From: an uncultured Candidatus Saccharibacteria bacterium
Lineage (GTDB): Bacteria; Patescibacteriota; Minisyncoccia; Minisyncoccales; JAGGXC01
NCBI GenBank assembly: GCA_964445905.1
Contig: CAYUNN010000003.1
Coordinates: 69,312 to 133,311, forward strand
Direction of reading: 5' to 3'
Length of the DNA stretch: 64,000 bases
Shown: positions 26,560-36,077 of the stretch, piece by piece
Numbering within the stretch: position 1 is the stretch's first letter
How the letters are laid out: each line of letters begins with the position of its first letter
The notes under the pieces: model-generated
Database searches by the model: none
Told to the model about the DNA's origin: nothing
What the model saw: only the letters and a program-made list of their open reading frames with translations
Program-made: the position numbers and the translations under genes

Positions 26560-27741
26560 ATGCAAGAATTTCTTTCTTTCTTTATCGTTATATTTGCAGG
26601 TGTATTTTTTTCAGAAGCCTTTAAACGTTTTCATCTGCCTTGGGTAGTAACATTGATTTTAGGAGGAATAATTATTGGTCCTCATGCGTTAGGCATTCTT
26701 CATGTAAACGAAACCATTGATTTTATTGGGCAAATAGGCCTTATTTTTTTAATGTTTATGGCTGGGCTGGAGACAGAATTTTCTAGTTTTAAAAAATTCA
26801 GAAAAGGAATATTCGGATTGTCTCTCTTAAATTCTGTTATTCCTTTTTTTGTTGGAATTGCAATCGGGATATTTTTTAATTACGATTTGTCAACATCAAT
26901 TCTTTTGGGGATTGTTTTTGTTTCTTCTTCTATTGCAATTGTTGTCCCGTCTTTAAAGGTAAATAAAATGCTTGATTCTAAGCTGGGGAAATCAATCGTT
27001 GCCACAACGGTAATGGGAGATGTGGCTAGCTTGATACTTCTTTCTTTGTTTTTACAAATAGTTAATCCAGTCAGCAGAATTCCTCTTCCTCTGTTTTATA
27101 TTTTATTGGTCTTTTCTTTATTTGCTATTAGATGGCTTGTTCCAAAAATCCGCTTTTTATTTTCTCTTTATCTTAGAGACAGAGAAGATCTTTTTCAGGA
27201 AGAACTTAGATCAATTCTTTTTATACTAATAGGGGTAGTAATTATTTTTGAAGTTTTAGGGCTTCATCCTATTGTCGCCGGTTTCTTTGCTGGTTTTGTC
27301 TTGTCTGATTCAATTAAAACAAAAAAGATGAGGAAAAGACTTCATATTTTGAGTTACGGTCTTTTTATTCCGACTTTCTTTGTTATTATAGGAGCGAAAA
27401 CAAACATTTCTGTATTCTCAGAGGCAAAAGGAGTTTTGCTCTTTGTTCTTTTAATTATTCTAGGATCAACACTCTCTAAGTTTATTAGCGGTTGCCTAGG
27501 AGGGAGATTAAACGGCTTTAGCAAAAAAGAATCTTTAATTATTGGAGTCTCTACCATTCCTCAGCTTTCAACAACTTTAGCGGTTGTTTTTACTGCCAAC
27601 AAGCTTGGTTTATTTGATCAGAAAATAATGGTAGCCATGATAACCTTGAGCATTGTTAGCACTATCATTAGTCCTATTTTAGTAAAAATTCTTTCTGATC
27701 AAAAAGAAGAAATAGAAGAAGCAATCAATGATCAACATTAA
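26560..27741 (+). CDS. Cation:proton antiporter (CPA/Kef-type Na+/H+ exchanger)
   Basis: About 12 TM helices and glycine-rich exchanger motifs. 393 aa. An extended -10 tgttataat sits at ~26506-26514 upstream. Confidence 0.8.
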   Translation: MQEFLSFFIVIFAGVFFSEAFKRFHLPWVVTLILGGIIIGPHALGILHVNETIDFIGQIGLIFLMFMAGLETEFSSFKKFRKGIFGLSLLNSVIPFFVGIAIGIFFNYDLSTSILLGIVFVSSSIAIVVPSLKVNKMLDSKLGKSIVATTVMGDVASLILLSLFLQIVNPVSRIPLPLFYILLVFSLFAIRWLVPKIRFLFSLYLRDREDLFQEELRSILFILIGVVIIFEVLGLHPIVAGFFAGFVLSDSIKTKKMRKRLHILSYGLFIPTFFVIIGAKTNISVFSEAKGVLLFVLLIILGSTLSKFISGCLGGRLNGFSKKESLIIGVSTIPQLSTTLAVVFTANKLGLFDQKIMVAMITLSIVSTIISPILVKILSDQKEEIEEAINDQH

Positions 27742-27756
27742 TAATTAATTAAATTT

Positions 27757-28236
27757 ATGAAATTGAATAAAATATTTAAATTAATATTTTCTATTTTAAT
27801 TTGTCATTTAGCAGGAATTATTGGGTCTTTTTTTACAGCTCCTGCTATTCCCGAATGGTACGCAAGTCTTCAAAAACCTTTTTTTGCTCCTCCTAATTGG
27901 GTTTTTGCTCCTGTTTGGATTTCCTTGTTTACTTTAATGGGAATTGCCTTTTATCTTATCTGGGAGAAGGGGACGGAAAGAGACAAAGTTAAGCTAGTTC
28001 TTTTTGTTTTCTGCGTTCATTTAGGATTGAATACTCTTTGGTCTGTTTTGTTCTTTGGTCTAAGATCTTCTTTTCTAGCTTTTTTAGAAATAATTGTTCT
28101 TTGGTTTTTCGTCTTGTGGATAACTCGTAATTTCTATAAACTTTATAAATTAGCTGGAATATTGCTTTTTCCTTACCTTGCTTGGTTGAGCGTTGCCGCG
28201 TTACTTAATTTCTTCATTTGGAGAATTAATCTTTGA
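27757..28236 (+). CDS. TspO/MBR tryptophan-rich sensory protein
   Basis: 5 TM, Trp-rich (WYASLQKPFFAPPNWVFAPVWISLF...), ~159 aa. Confidence 0.75.
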   Translation: MKLNKIFKLIFSILICHLAGIIGSFFTAPAIPEWYASLQKPFFAPPNWVFAPVWISLFTLMGIAFYLIWEKGTERDKVKLVLFVFCVHLGLNTLWSVLFFGLRSSFLAFLEIIVLWFFVLWITRNFYKLYKLAGILLFPYLAWLSVAALLNFFIWRINL

Positions 28237-28284
28237 TTTTTTTTAAAATATCAGTAGCATATTTAAAAGAAGGAGGAGAATGAA

Positions 28285-28542
28285 TTGGTAATTAAAATTG
28301 AAAATAAAGAAAAAGCAGAAAAAATCAACAGATTAGCTAGAAGATTTCCAAACATTGTTGGAGTCTATCTGTCTGATTTCGGTTTCTTAAAAGAAATCAA
28401 AATTTATTACGTTGGTCGCGAAGACAAGGGTTTTGAAAAAGAAGTAAGAGAGTCTTTAAGAGAAGAAATTCTTCCTGATTTTAAGATAAGCCTTTATTTT
28501 ATCGCGCCACGTCCAGCGCTTTTTGAAATGTATTGCAATTAA
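28285..28542 (+). CDS. Hypothetical protein (85 aa)
   Basis: RBS aggagga upstream. No motifs. Confidence 0.4.
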   Translation: MVIKIENKEKAEKINRLARRFPNIVGVYLSDFGFLKEIKIYYVGREDKGFEKEVRESLREEILPDFKISLYFIAPRPALFEMYCN

Positions 28543-28770
28543 TTAAAGGAAGAGCATTATTCTTCCTTATTTTTTTAATTCACCCCTTGACAAAAAATAT
28601 TATTATGATAAGATTTTAGTACTTAAAGAAAGGAATTTTTTATTTAAATTCTTAAATTATTGGAGGTGCTCATTATTATTATTTTTAGTTCTTTCATATC
28701 AATTCAATTTCGTTAAAAGATTATTAAGCGTCTTGTCCGTCTTGTTAGTAGGACAGGTAATAAGATTTAT

Positions 28771-28810
28771 AGGTCAAGCTATTTACAAGTAGGTCAAGCA
28801 TAGGTCAAGC
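28771..28810 (+). promoter_or_regulatory. Three direct copies of AGGTCAAGC upstream of the giant surface-protein gene
   Basis: Copies at 28771-28779, 28791-28799 and 28802-28810. Confidence 0.3.
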
Positions 28811-28867
28811 TATTAATTATAGTTTAACCTTAGTATTAACTAACATTAAAAGTAATAATCAAATTAT

Positions 28868-31800
28868 ATGTTAGGACATAAACAATTTATTATTACTGAA
28901 TTCTTAATTAAAAACATGAATAAAATATTAACTTTAATCAAAGAAACTAATTCTTCTAAAAGAGCGTTAGTTTTTGCTTTCGCTGTTTTCTTTGTCAGCG
29001 TTTTTATTTTTAATTTAAACGTTGCTAAAGTAAATGGTTGCGTTCAAGATGATCCTGGCAGTATTACGGTTTGCAAGATTATAATTGACGAAGAGGGAAA
29101 TATAATAACAGATGCTTCTGATTATTCTCCTGCTAGTTTTAATATTCCTTTGTCAGGTGAATCAGCAAGTTTTTCTGATCATATTTTTGAAGCTCAGGAT
29201 TTTTCTCCGAACACTAAATTGATTAATAATTACGACGATGCAGAATGTGTTACTTATGATAATCTTGAGTTAGGAAATTACTATTATGGCGAAGAAATTA
29301 TTAGCCCAGAAGAAAATTGGGAAGAGCCATTGTATAATGATCAATTTTCTCATCAAGTAAATAGCCTCGGTGACTTTTTCGTTTATGACGGAGATCTAAA
29401 TGATGAAAGCAGAAATAAAAACTCTGACGGTCATATTGTATTAAGTCAGGGCAGACCGGAAAGAACACTGGTTATTCTTAATCAATATAAAGTACAGGAA
29501 CCGTCGCTAGTAACTATCCATGCTCTCAAGGTGGTTTGCGAAGGAGAAGAATATTTGCCTGATTGGGCAAGGACTTCCAGTAATCCCTCAATGATTACCG
29601 AAGATCTCGTCAACCAATATGTTGATGATTCGGATGGCAAGTGCTGGTTTGAACCGGGCTGGGAATTTGAATGGGGAGAAACAAGCGCTCCCGAAAAGAA
29701 TGGTGATTACATTGGTTATGGAGGTCAAGGTTGGAATACCTTTGGTCCGACCGATAACGAAGGAAAGGTAATAGTTGAAATTGACTATGTAGAAGGAAGA
29801 CAATATTTCTGGATGAGAGAAGTATTACAGGAAGGATACATTCCTTTTAGCGATTCAGGAGACGGTTCTGAATCTGTAAGCGCTGAAATGCTTTGTCATA
29901 TAGACGCATACAAATACGACAATTATGATCGCGTAGACAATCCAGAAGCGGGCGAGACTTATTATTGTGTTGCCTTTAATGCTCCAATGCCTACTTATTC
30001 TATATCTGGAAAGAAATGGGAAGATCTCAATGGTAACGGAGAAGAGAACTGTGGAGAAAATGGACTAGAAGGATGGGAGATAACCCTAAGTAACGGAGAA
30101 GAGGTCATCGCTACTACTACAACTGACAGCAATGGTTATTATATCTTCGAAGACTTATTGCCTGGTGCCTACGAAGTTTGCGAGGTATTAGTAGATGGCT
30201 GGGAGAATACTTATCCCGGAGAAGGGAATCTTTGTCACAGCGTAGAGATAGAAGAAAGCGATATCACAGACATTAATTTTGGTAATAATCTTATTGAAGA
30301 AGAAGAGTCTTTATTTATTTATGCTAGAAAGGTAGTTTGTGAAGAAGAACAATATTTGCCTAATTGGGGAGCAGATTCTAATAACCCCCCTCAAATTACA
30401 GGAGAAACAGCTGAAGATTATGTTCTTAATTCAAACGGAATGTGTCACTTCGAAGCATGGGATTTCCAATGGGGAATTCCCGAGGGAGCTGTAAAAAAAC
30501 CGGGAGAATTTATTGGTTTTGCTCCTGAACCAGGCTGGAATGTTTTTGGTCCTCATGATGAAGATTTAAGATCAATTGCGGAAATTAGCGGAACTGAATT
30601 AGGAGAAAATACTATAATCTGGGTAAGAGAAGTCTTAAGACCCGATTTTGTTATTTTTACTGATGGTTATACTTCCGAGGATGATTATAGTGCTGAAATG
30701 TATTGTCACATTGACGCATATAAATATGACAATTATGATCGCGTAGACAATCCAGAAATGGGAGATGAATATCACTGTGTCGCCTTTAACGCGCCTACTT
30801 GTACTATTAATTCTAATAATTGGAATCAAGTGGACAGAATAAATCTTGGTGATTCTGAAAGTATGGATGATCATGACGCTCAAGAATGGTGGGACGACCC
30901 GGGAGTAGGAAATTACGGAGGAAGAGATGGAGGAAACCTAATTGCTATCGTAAGAGGAGGAGATGAGTGCTCTGAAGAAACTGCTGCAGCTTCTTTTACT
31001 CTTCAAGCAGGAGCTAGCGCGTCAAGCCTTGTCTTAAGGCACTTGGATGGCTTGAGCAATCTTGATAGCTTTGATGTTTATATCAATGGAATAAAAATTG
31101 GAAGGTATCTAGATTCTCAAGACAGTGAAGAGATTTGGATTACTACTCATTTTTCATTGCCAGAAGGAATGTCCGGTCAATTGGAGGTTGAAATTGTTAA
31201 CATTAATAATCCTTGGGTAAACTGTTCAACATGTGGTCAATTAGCCTTTAATTGGGCTGAAGTTGGTTACTGCGGAGAAACTCCTCCTGCTAAAAGCACC
31301 CTTTATATTATTAAGGATGTTGTTGGAGGAACAGCTGTGTCTGGAGATTTTACAATTTATGTTGTTGGAAACAATCCATCTATAATGTCTTTTCCCGGTG
31401 AAGAATTTCCCGGAACCATAGTAACGCTTGACCATGGGCCTTATAGTGTCTCAGAATCAACTAGCTCAGACTATATTAGCATGCTTTCTGCTGATTGTTC
31501 TGGAACAATAGCGGAAGGAGAAGTTAAAACCTGTACTATAACTAACAGTTTTGACGAGCCTCCTTATTGTGGTGATGGAATATGTAATGGTGATGAGTAT
31601 TGTTATAATTGTCCAGAGGACTGTGGTAGTTGTGGAGGACCAGGTCCTGATCCTGATCCAGACCCTGATCCGGAGCCTGAACCAGAACCCTATTGTGGCG
31701 ATGGAATAGTAAACGGAGATGAAGAATGTGATGGAGAAGAAGGCGTCCCAGAAGGTTATGTCTGTAACGAGCATTGCGTTTTAGAAAGAACGATTTGCGA

Positions 31801-33136
31801 AATGGATTTGAATGTAATGATAGTAATAGATGTTTCTGGAAGTATGGCAAACGATATTCCAACAAAACTTTCTCAAGTTCAAATTAATGCTAATAACTTT
31901 ATTGGCAATTTAAGGAACAATGATAAATCTGGAGTAGTTTCTTTTAGCGGAATAGCTACTTTAGAAAAAGGCTTGTCAACAGATCATGCTTCTACTCAAT
32001 CTGTCATTGATGGTTTAGTTGCGTTTGGAGCTACTAATATAGGAGATGCTATTTATACAGCTAATCAAGAATTAATATCAGAAGATGATATTTCAGACGC
32101 AGCTAGAATAGAAATTCTCTTGACTGACGGTAAAGCTAATCGTCCAAATGGTGATGGTATTAATGAAAATTCAGCTGACCTAGCTTTAGCTTTAGAAAGA
32201 TCTTTAGAGGCAGCTGATAACGGAATTACTATTTTTACTATTGGAGTAGGCAATGAAGTTAACGAGGTTATGCTTCAAACCATAGCTGATAATACAGGCG
32301 GTACATATTACTTTATTCCTACTGCTGGAGAGCTAGAAGATATATTTAATCAAATATCTTCCGAAGCTTGTTTGATTGATGACGAAATAGAGGAAGAGTT
32401 GTCTGTAAAAGTTTTCGATTCAAGAATTATGTCTGTGTCAGATAATAGCGTTACTGTGTCTTGGTTAACTAATATACCAGCTACTAGTAGGGTTATTTAT
32501 GATACTGTTCCTCATCCCGTCCTAGGAGATGCTCCAAATTATGGTTATGAATGGTCAACTGAAGAGTATAGTACTAAGACTTACTTCCACGTAGTAACTA
32601 TTGCGGGAATAGATCCAGGAGAAACTTATTACTGGAGACCAGTCTCTCATGGCTCAGGAGAAAAAGTAGGAGAAGAAACTTCTTTTTCTATCAAGTCTCT
32701 TGAAGATAACATGAATGAGAACAATCAGAACAATCAGGGAGAACAGGAAGAAAGAGAAGAGGAAAAGCAAGAAGAAATGGTAGAAAACGAAGAAGGTCAA
32801 TCCAGAGCAGAAAATATTGTTGAAGAAGAAGAAAAAGGAGAAATGGCAGGTCTTATCGCTGCTATCGGAGAATTCTTCCGAGTAGAAAATCCTTGTTTAG
32901 TAGCGACAATTCTTCTATCAATTCTTGCAATTATATATGTCTTTACAAGAATGAGAAAAGGAAAAAGAACTACCGGAAAGAACAAGTATTCAGATTTAAT
33001 TGCAGGAATGATTATTTTAGCAATATTAGCAATTATATTTAAGTGTGCTTTGTTGCTAATTCCTGTGATTATATTAGCTATTCCTCTCTTGAAGGATAAG
33101 TTTTTAAAGCAAGAAAAAGAGCAAACTCAAATGTAA
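28868..33136 (+). CDS. Giant multidomain cell-surface protein (1422 aa): two paralogous ~160-aa domains, SdrD-B/CnaB-like, Cys-rich CGDG repeats, vWA, FN3-like, acidic tail, C-terminal TM anchors
   Basis: N-terminal TM. A duplicated module ends ...AEM(L/Y)CHIDAYKYDNYDRVDNPE.G..Y.CVAFNAP. SdrD-B-like ISGKKWEDLNGNG...GYYIFEDLLPGAYEV. PDPDPDPDPEPEPEP linker. YCGDGICNGDE / YCGDGIVNGDEECD Cys repeats. vWA MIDAS IDVSGSM...TDG. FN3-like SVTVSWLT...YYWRPVS. Two C-terminal TM helices. Confidence 0.8.
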   Translation: MLGHKQFIITEFLIKNMNKILTLIKETNSSKRALVFAFAVFFVSVFIFNLNVAKVNGCVQDDPGSITVCKIIIDEEGNIITDASDYSPASFNIPLSGESASFSDHIFEAQDFSPNTKLINNYDDAECVTYDNLELGNYYYGEEIISPEENWEEPLYNDQFSHQVNSLGDFFVYDGDLNDESRNKNSDGHIVLSQGRPERTLVILNQYKVQEPSLVTIHALKVVCEGEEYLPDWARTSSNPSMITEDLVNQYVDDSDGKCWFEPGWEFEWGETSAPEKNGDYIGYGGQGWNTFGPTDNEGKVIVEIDYVEGRQYFWMREVLQEGYIPFSDSGDGSESVSAEMLCHIDAYKYDNYDRVDNPEAGETYYCVAFNAPMPTYSISGKKWEDLNGNGEENCGENGLEGWEITLSNGEEVIATTTTDSNGYYIFEDLLPGAYEVCEVLVDGWENTYPGEGNLCHSVEIEESDITDINFGNNLIEEEESLFIYARKVVCEEEQYLPNWGADSNNPPQITGETAEDYVLNSNGMCHFEAWDFQWGIPEGAVKKPGEFIGFAPEPGWNVFGPHDEDLRSIAEISGTELGENTIIWVREVLRPDFVIFTDGYTSEDDYSAEMYCHIDAYKYDNYDRVDNPEMGDEYHCVAFNAPTCTINSNNWNQVDRINLGDSESMDDHDAQEWWDDPGVGNYGGRDGGNLIAIVRGGDECSEETAAASFTLQAGASASSLVLRHLDGLSNLDSFDVYINGIKIGRYLDSQDSEEIWITTHFSLPEGMSGQLEVEIVNINNPWVNCSTCGQLAFNWAEVGYCGETPPAKSTLYIIKDVVGGTAVSGDFTIYVVGNNPSIMSFPGEEFPGTIVTLDHGPYSVSESTSSDYISMLSADCSGTIAEGEVKTCTITNSFDEPPYCGDGICNGDEYCYNCPEDCGSCGGPGPDPDPDPDPEPEPEPYCGDGIVNGDEECDGEEGVPEGYVCNEHCVLERTICEMDLNVMIVIDVSGSMANDIPTKLSQVQINANNFIGNLRNNDKSGVVSFSGIATLEKGLSTDHASTQSVIDGLVAFGATNIGDAIYTANQELISEDDISDAARIEILLTDGKANRPNGDGINENSADLALALERSLEAADNGITIFTIGVGNEVNEVMLQTIADNTGGTYYFIPTAGELEDIFNQISSEACLIDDEIEEELSVKVFDSRIMSVSDNSVTVSWLTNIPATSRVIYDTVPHPVLGDAPNYGYEWSTEEYSTKTYFHVVTIAGIDPGETYYWRPVSHGSGEKVGEETSFSIKSLEDNMNENNQNNQGEQEEREEEKQEEMVENEEGQSRAENIVEEEEKGEMAGLIAAIGEFFRVENPCLVATILLSILAIIYVFTRMRKGKRTTGKNKYSDLIAGMIILAILAIIFKCALLLIPVIILAIPLLKDKFLKQEKEQTQM
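29505..29988 (+). repeat. Intragenic paralogous domain copy 1 (of 2) in giant surface protein
   Basis: LVTIHALKVVCEGEEYLPDW...CHIDAYKYDNYDRVDNPEAGETYYCVAFNAP. Shares an identical nt stretch gacaattatgatcgcgtagacaatccagaa with copy 2. Confidence 0.6.
30313..30798 (+). repeat. Intragenic paralogous domain copy 2
   Basis: LFIYARKVVCEEEQYLPNW...CHIDAYKYDNYDRVDNPEMGDEYHCVAFNAP. Confidence 0.6.
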
Positions 33137-33157
33137 GATTTGATTGCGAAAGAAGAA

Positions 33158-33188
33158 GAGGCTAGGTTTTTACTAGCCTCTTTTTTTA
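33158..33188 (+). terminator. Rho-independent terminator after the giant gene
   Basis: gaggctag-gtttttta-ctagcctc followed by ttttttt. Confidence 0.5.
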
Positions 33189-33257
33189 TAAAAAAGGACT
33201 TATCCACAGAAAACTTGATTGACTATACTTCCTATTAGTAATATTATTTAAATAGGA

Positions 33258-33644
33258 ATGATTACTAATAATAAAAAAGAAAGATTGACTCCGCAAAGGA
33301 AGATCATTATTGATTATTTAAAGAGTGTTAAAACCCATCCTACCGCCGAAGAGGTTTATTCGGCGGTAAAGAGGAAACTTCCCCGAATAAGCTTGGGAAC
33401 TATTTATCGTAATCTTCAAAAGCTAAAATGTTCTGGAGAGATTAGGGAGATTGATTGTAGAACGTGCGGAGTTACTCGTTACGACGGTAATATGTTTTCT
33501 CACGACCATTTTTTATGTGAGAAATGCAATAAGATATTTGATATTAAAAGGTCAGTTGATTTAAAAAATAAAATTAAAATAGGAAAAATTAAAAGTTACC
33601 AAATATATTTTTATGGAATTTGCAAAAAATGTTCAACAAAATAA
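33258..33644 (+). CDS. Fur-family transcriptional regulator (PerR-like peroxide regulon repressor)
   Basis: Winged-helix N-terminus (TPQRKIIIDYLKSVKTHPTAEEVYSAV...ISLGTIYRNLQKL). Metal sites HDHFLCEKC and CKKC. Sits at the head of the rubrerythrin/Dfx cluster. Confidence 0.8.
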   Translation: MITNNKKERLTPQRKIIIDYLKSVKTHPTAEEVYSAVKRKLPRISLGTIYRNLQKLKCSGEIREIDCRTCGVTRYDGNMFSHDHFLCEKCNKIFDIKRSVDLKNKIKIGKIKSYQIYFYGICKKCSTK

Positions 33645-33912
33645 AGCTTATTGTTATGATTGCAAGAAAAAAATTGAGATTAAAAACAATGAAGTCCAAA
33701 ACGGAGTCCTTCTTGGGTACAATGACAATGGAGAGAAATTAATGGTTTTTAAGTGCAATCAATGCTTTGCTAAGGATCCAAGCTTGAGCAAATTTAGGAA
33801 ATGCGAAGTTTATTCCAGGATAGTTGGTTATCTTAGGCCCATTAAGCAATGGAACAAAGGAAAGAAAAGAGAATTTGAGGAAAGAAAAAATTACGAGCAA
33901 AAAGAAGCTTAA
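33613..33912 (+). CDS. Standalone NrdD C-terminal domain homolog (zinc ribbon + glycyl-radical motif), 99 aa
   Basis: CYDCKKK...CNQC zinc ribbon, then ...CEVYSRIVGYLRPIKQWNKGKKREFEERK. This parallels the E. coli NrdD C-terminus ...TRRVCGYLGSPDARPFNAGKQEEVKRR (RxxGYL glycyl-radical site). Overlaps the Fur gene by 32 nt. Confidence 0.55.
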   Translation: MEFAKNVQQNKAYCYDCKKKIEIKNNEVQNGVLLGYNDNGEKLMVFKCNQCFAKDPSLSKFRKCEVYSRIVGYLRPIKQWNKGKKREFEERKNYEQKEA

Positions 33913-33926
33913 ATTAATTATTTTCT

Positions 33927-34370
33927 ATGGTAAAAAAAGAAAACATTACTGGGCTTATGCTCAAAAGTCATTGCAAGTTAGAAGTTCTTCTTAAAAACTT
34001 TAAAGTAGGGACAGATAAAGATGTTGATAGCATTAGTGATAATTTTGAAGAATTTGCAAAAGAACTTAAAAATCATTTATTTGTTGAAGAAGAAGCGATA
34101 TTTAAATTTATAGGTCCAATGCGAAACGAAGAGTATCAAGAGATTATCCCTGATCTCATAAGCGAACATAACTTGCTTTTAGAAAAGTTGAGCGATTTAA
34201 AAGAAAAAATTGTTGAAGGGAATGATATTGATATTACTAATTTTGAGAAATTATTAGTTCAGCATAAAAATTACGAAGAAGAATTTTTTTATCCTCAACT
34301 TGAGGAAAAATTAGAAGAATCTCAAAAAGAAAAAATAATTAAAAAGGTTAAAAAATTATCTATTAATTAA
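33927..34370 (+). CDS. Hemerythrin-like (HHE cation-binding) domain protein
   Basis: Repeated H...E / H..EE..F motifs (HCKLEVLL; NHLFVEEEAIF; SEHNLL; QHKNYEEEFFYPQLEE). Confidence 0.5.
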   Translation: MVKKENITGLMLKSHCKLEVLLKNFKVGTDKDVDSISDNFEEFAKELKNHLFVEEEAIFKFIGPMRNEEYQEIIPDLISEHNLLLEKLSDLKEKIVEGNDIDITNFEKLLVQHKNYEEEFFYPQLEEKLEESQKEKIIKKVKKLSIN

Positions 34371-34379
34371 TAAAAAAAT

Positions 34380-34964
34380 ATGGAAAAAACAATAAAAAAT
34401 TTGACAAAAGCATTTATTGGCGAAAGCCAAGCAAGAAACAGATATTCTTTTTATGCAAAGATTGCTAAAAAAGAAGGCTTTGAGCAAATCTCAGACATAT
34501 TCCTGTTAACAGCTGAAAACGAAAGAGAACATGCTAAGTGGCTTTTTCGCTTGATTAATGATTTAAAGGAAAAGAGCGGAGAAGACCTAGAAGAAATTGA
34601 AGTAGAAGCTTCAGCTCCAACAATTATCGGAGATACTGTTCAGAATCTTAAGTCGGCTATTGACGGAGAGCATTATGAAAATACAAAAATGTATCCTGAA
34701 TTTGCTGACACGGCAGAGGAAGAAGGTTTTCCGGAGATTGCTAAAAGATTGAGAGCCATTAGCAAAGCAGAAGAGCATCACGAAGAGAGATATGTAAAAT
34801 TACTGGCAGAAGTGGAAAACAATACAGTATTTAGCAAGGAAGAAAAAACTTATTGGGTTTGCAGGAAATGTGGCTATGTTCATGAAGGAGAAAAGCCTCC
34901 CGAAGAATGTCCTTCTTGCAGTCATCCCAGTAATTATTTTGAACTTAAGTGTGAAAAATATTAA
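34380..34964 (+). CDS. rbr: Rubrerythrin
   Basis: Ferritin-like diiron E..H motifs ([10 protein letters not shown]; [11 protein letters not shown]) plus a C-terminal rubredoxin-like domain [10 protein letters not shown]...CPSCSHP. Confidence 0.9.
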   Translation: MEKTIKNLTKAFIGESQARNRYSFYAKIAKKEGFEQISDIFLLTAENEREHAKWLFRLINDLKEKSGEDLEEIEVEASAPTIIGDTVQNLKSAIDGEHYENTKMYPEFADTAEEEGFPEIAKRLRAISKAEEHHEERYVKLLAEVENNTVFSKEEKTYWVCRKCGYVHEGEKPPEECPSCSHPSNYFELKCEKY

Positions 34965-34970
34965 TTAAAA

Positions 34971-35360
34971 ATGACAGAAAAAAAACAAATCTATAAGTGC
35001 AATATTTGCGGGAATATTGTCGAAGTTATTCATGTCGGCCAGGGAGAGTTAGTTTGTTGTGGTCAACCGATGGAATTGCAAAGAGAAAAGACAGAAGACG
35101 CTGGAGAAGAAAAGCATGTTCCAGTAATTGAGAAAACAGAAGATGGCGTAAGAGTTAAAATCGGATCTCATCCTCATCCAATGGAGGAACAGCACTACAT
35201 TGAATGGATAGAGATTATTGTTAATGGAAGGTCTTATCGTAAGTTTCTAGGTCCAAACGACAAGCCAGAAGCAGATTTTGAAATCCGAGCAGATAACATT
35301 CAAGCAAGAGAATATTGCAATATTCATGGCCTGTGGAAAACTCATTACCAGAAAGATTAA
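34971..35360 (+). CDS. dfx: Desulfoferrodoxin (superoxide reductase, class I 2Fe-SOR)
   Basis: N-terminal desulforedoxin [10 protein letters not shown]...LVCCGQPM, then a SOR centre with [23 protein letters not shown] and CNIHGLW. Confidence 0.88.
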   Translation: MTEKKQIYKCNICGNIVEVIHVGQGELVCCGQPMELQREKTEDAGEEKHVPVIEKTEDGVRVKIGSHPHPMEEQHYIEWIEIIVNGRSYRKFLGPNDKPEADFEIRADNIQAREYCNIHGLWKTHYQKD

Positions 35361-35396
35361 TGATAAAAAAATACGTGAATAAAATATTCACGTGTT

Positions 35397-35933
35397 TTAT
35401 AACGCTGGAAAAAGCTGATAAGCAATAGCTGTTAAGATAAAAGCTCTAAAGATATTCCCTAGAAAAAGGATAGGAAGAGCTTTTTTTATTTTTAATAATC
35501 TTGCTGCTATTATCGTTATCGTAGGGAGTTGTGGCAAAGGAATGAAATTAAGGGTTAAAGTTACCCAATTTTTTTGGTTTACTAGCCAAAACACTCCTTT
35601 TTCTTTTGTTTTTTCCCCGAATCTCAAATTGCTTTTAACTTTTTTCCACCATCTATTCAATATTTTAATTAAACAGTTTATACTTTTCCATCTTATCATC
35701 TTTCTGATTGCCCAATCTGTTCCATAATAGGTTATTATTAATGTTCCTGTCCAATAAATAATTGTAAAGGACAGAGTAATATGGAAAGGCACTCCGAGCA
35801 AACGATAAGCTGTTATTCCTCCAAAACCATTTAAAAAAAGAAGAGGGAATCCGGTGATTAATTTTCCTAACATCTTTTCTCCTAGCTTTAAAAGAGCTAT
35901 CCAAAAATTAGCATATTTTAGCTGAAACGTCAA
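35397..35933 (-). CDS. Hypothetical polytopic membrane protein (178 aa)
   Basis: 4-5 hydrophobic helices. The only minus-strand gene in this stretch. No confident family. Confidence 0.4.
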   Translation of the reverse strand: MTFQLKYANFWIALLKLGEKMLGKLITGFPLLFLNGFGGITAYRLLGVPFHITLSFTIIYWTGTLIITYYGTDWAIRKMIRWKSINCLIKILNRWWKKVKSNLRFGEKTKEKGVFWLVNQKNWVTLTLNFIPLPQLPTITIIAARLLKIKKALPILFLGNIFRAFILTAIAYQLFPAL

Positions 35934-36077
35934 TTTAATGATTATTTTATATAAAATAATAAAAAATATTAATTAACAAAATCATCAAAAACCTCCCCCT
36001 TTGTTTTAGCGGTTTTTTTTAGTATAATTATATTAATAGGGAAGAAATTTATTTTTCTTACTTTTTATAATTTTTAA

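Noticed and set aside
31466-31865. Minus-strand ORFs 31466..31774 and 31542..31865 (His/Leu/Arg-rich) within the giant surface-protein gene
   Set aside because: Antisense to the (PD)n/(PE)n and Cys-repeat region. Low-complexity artefacts.
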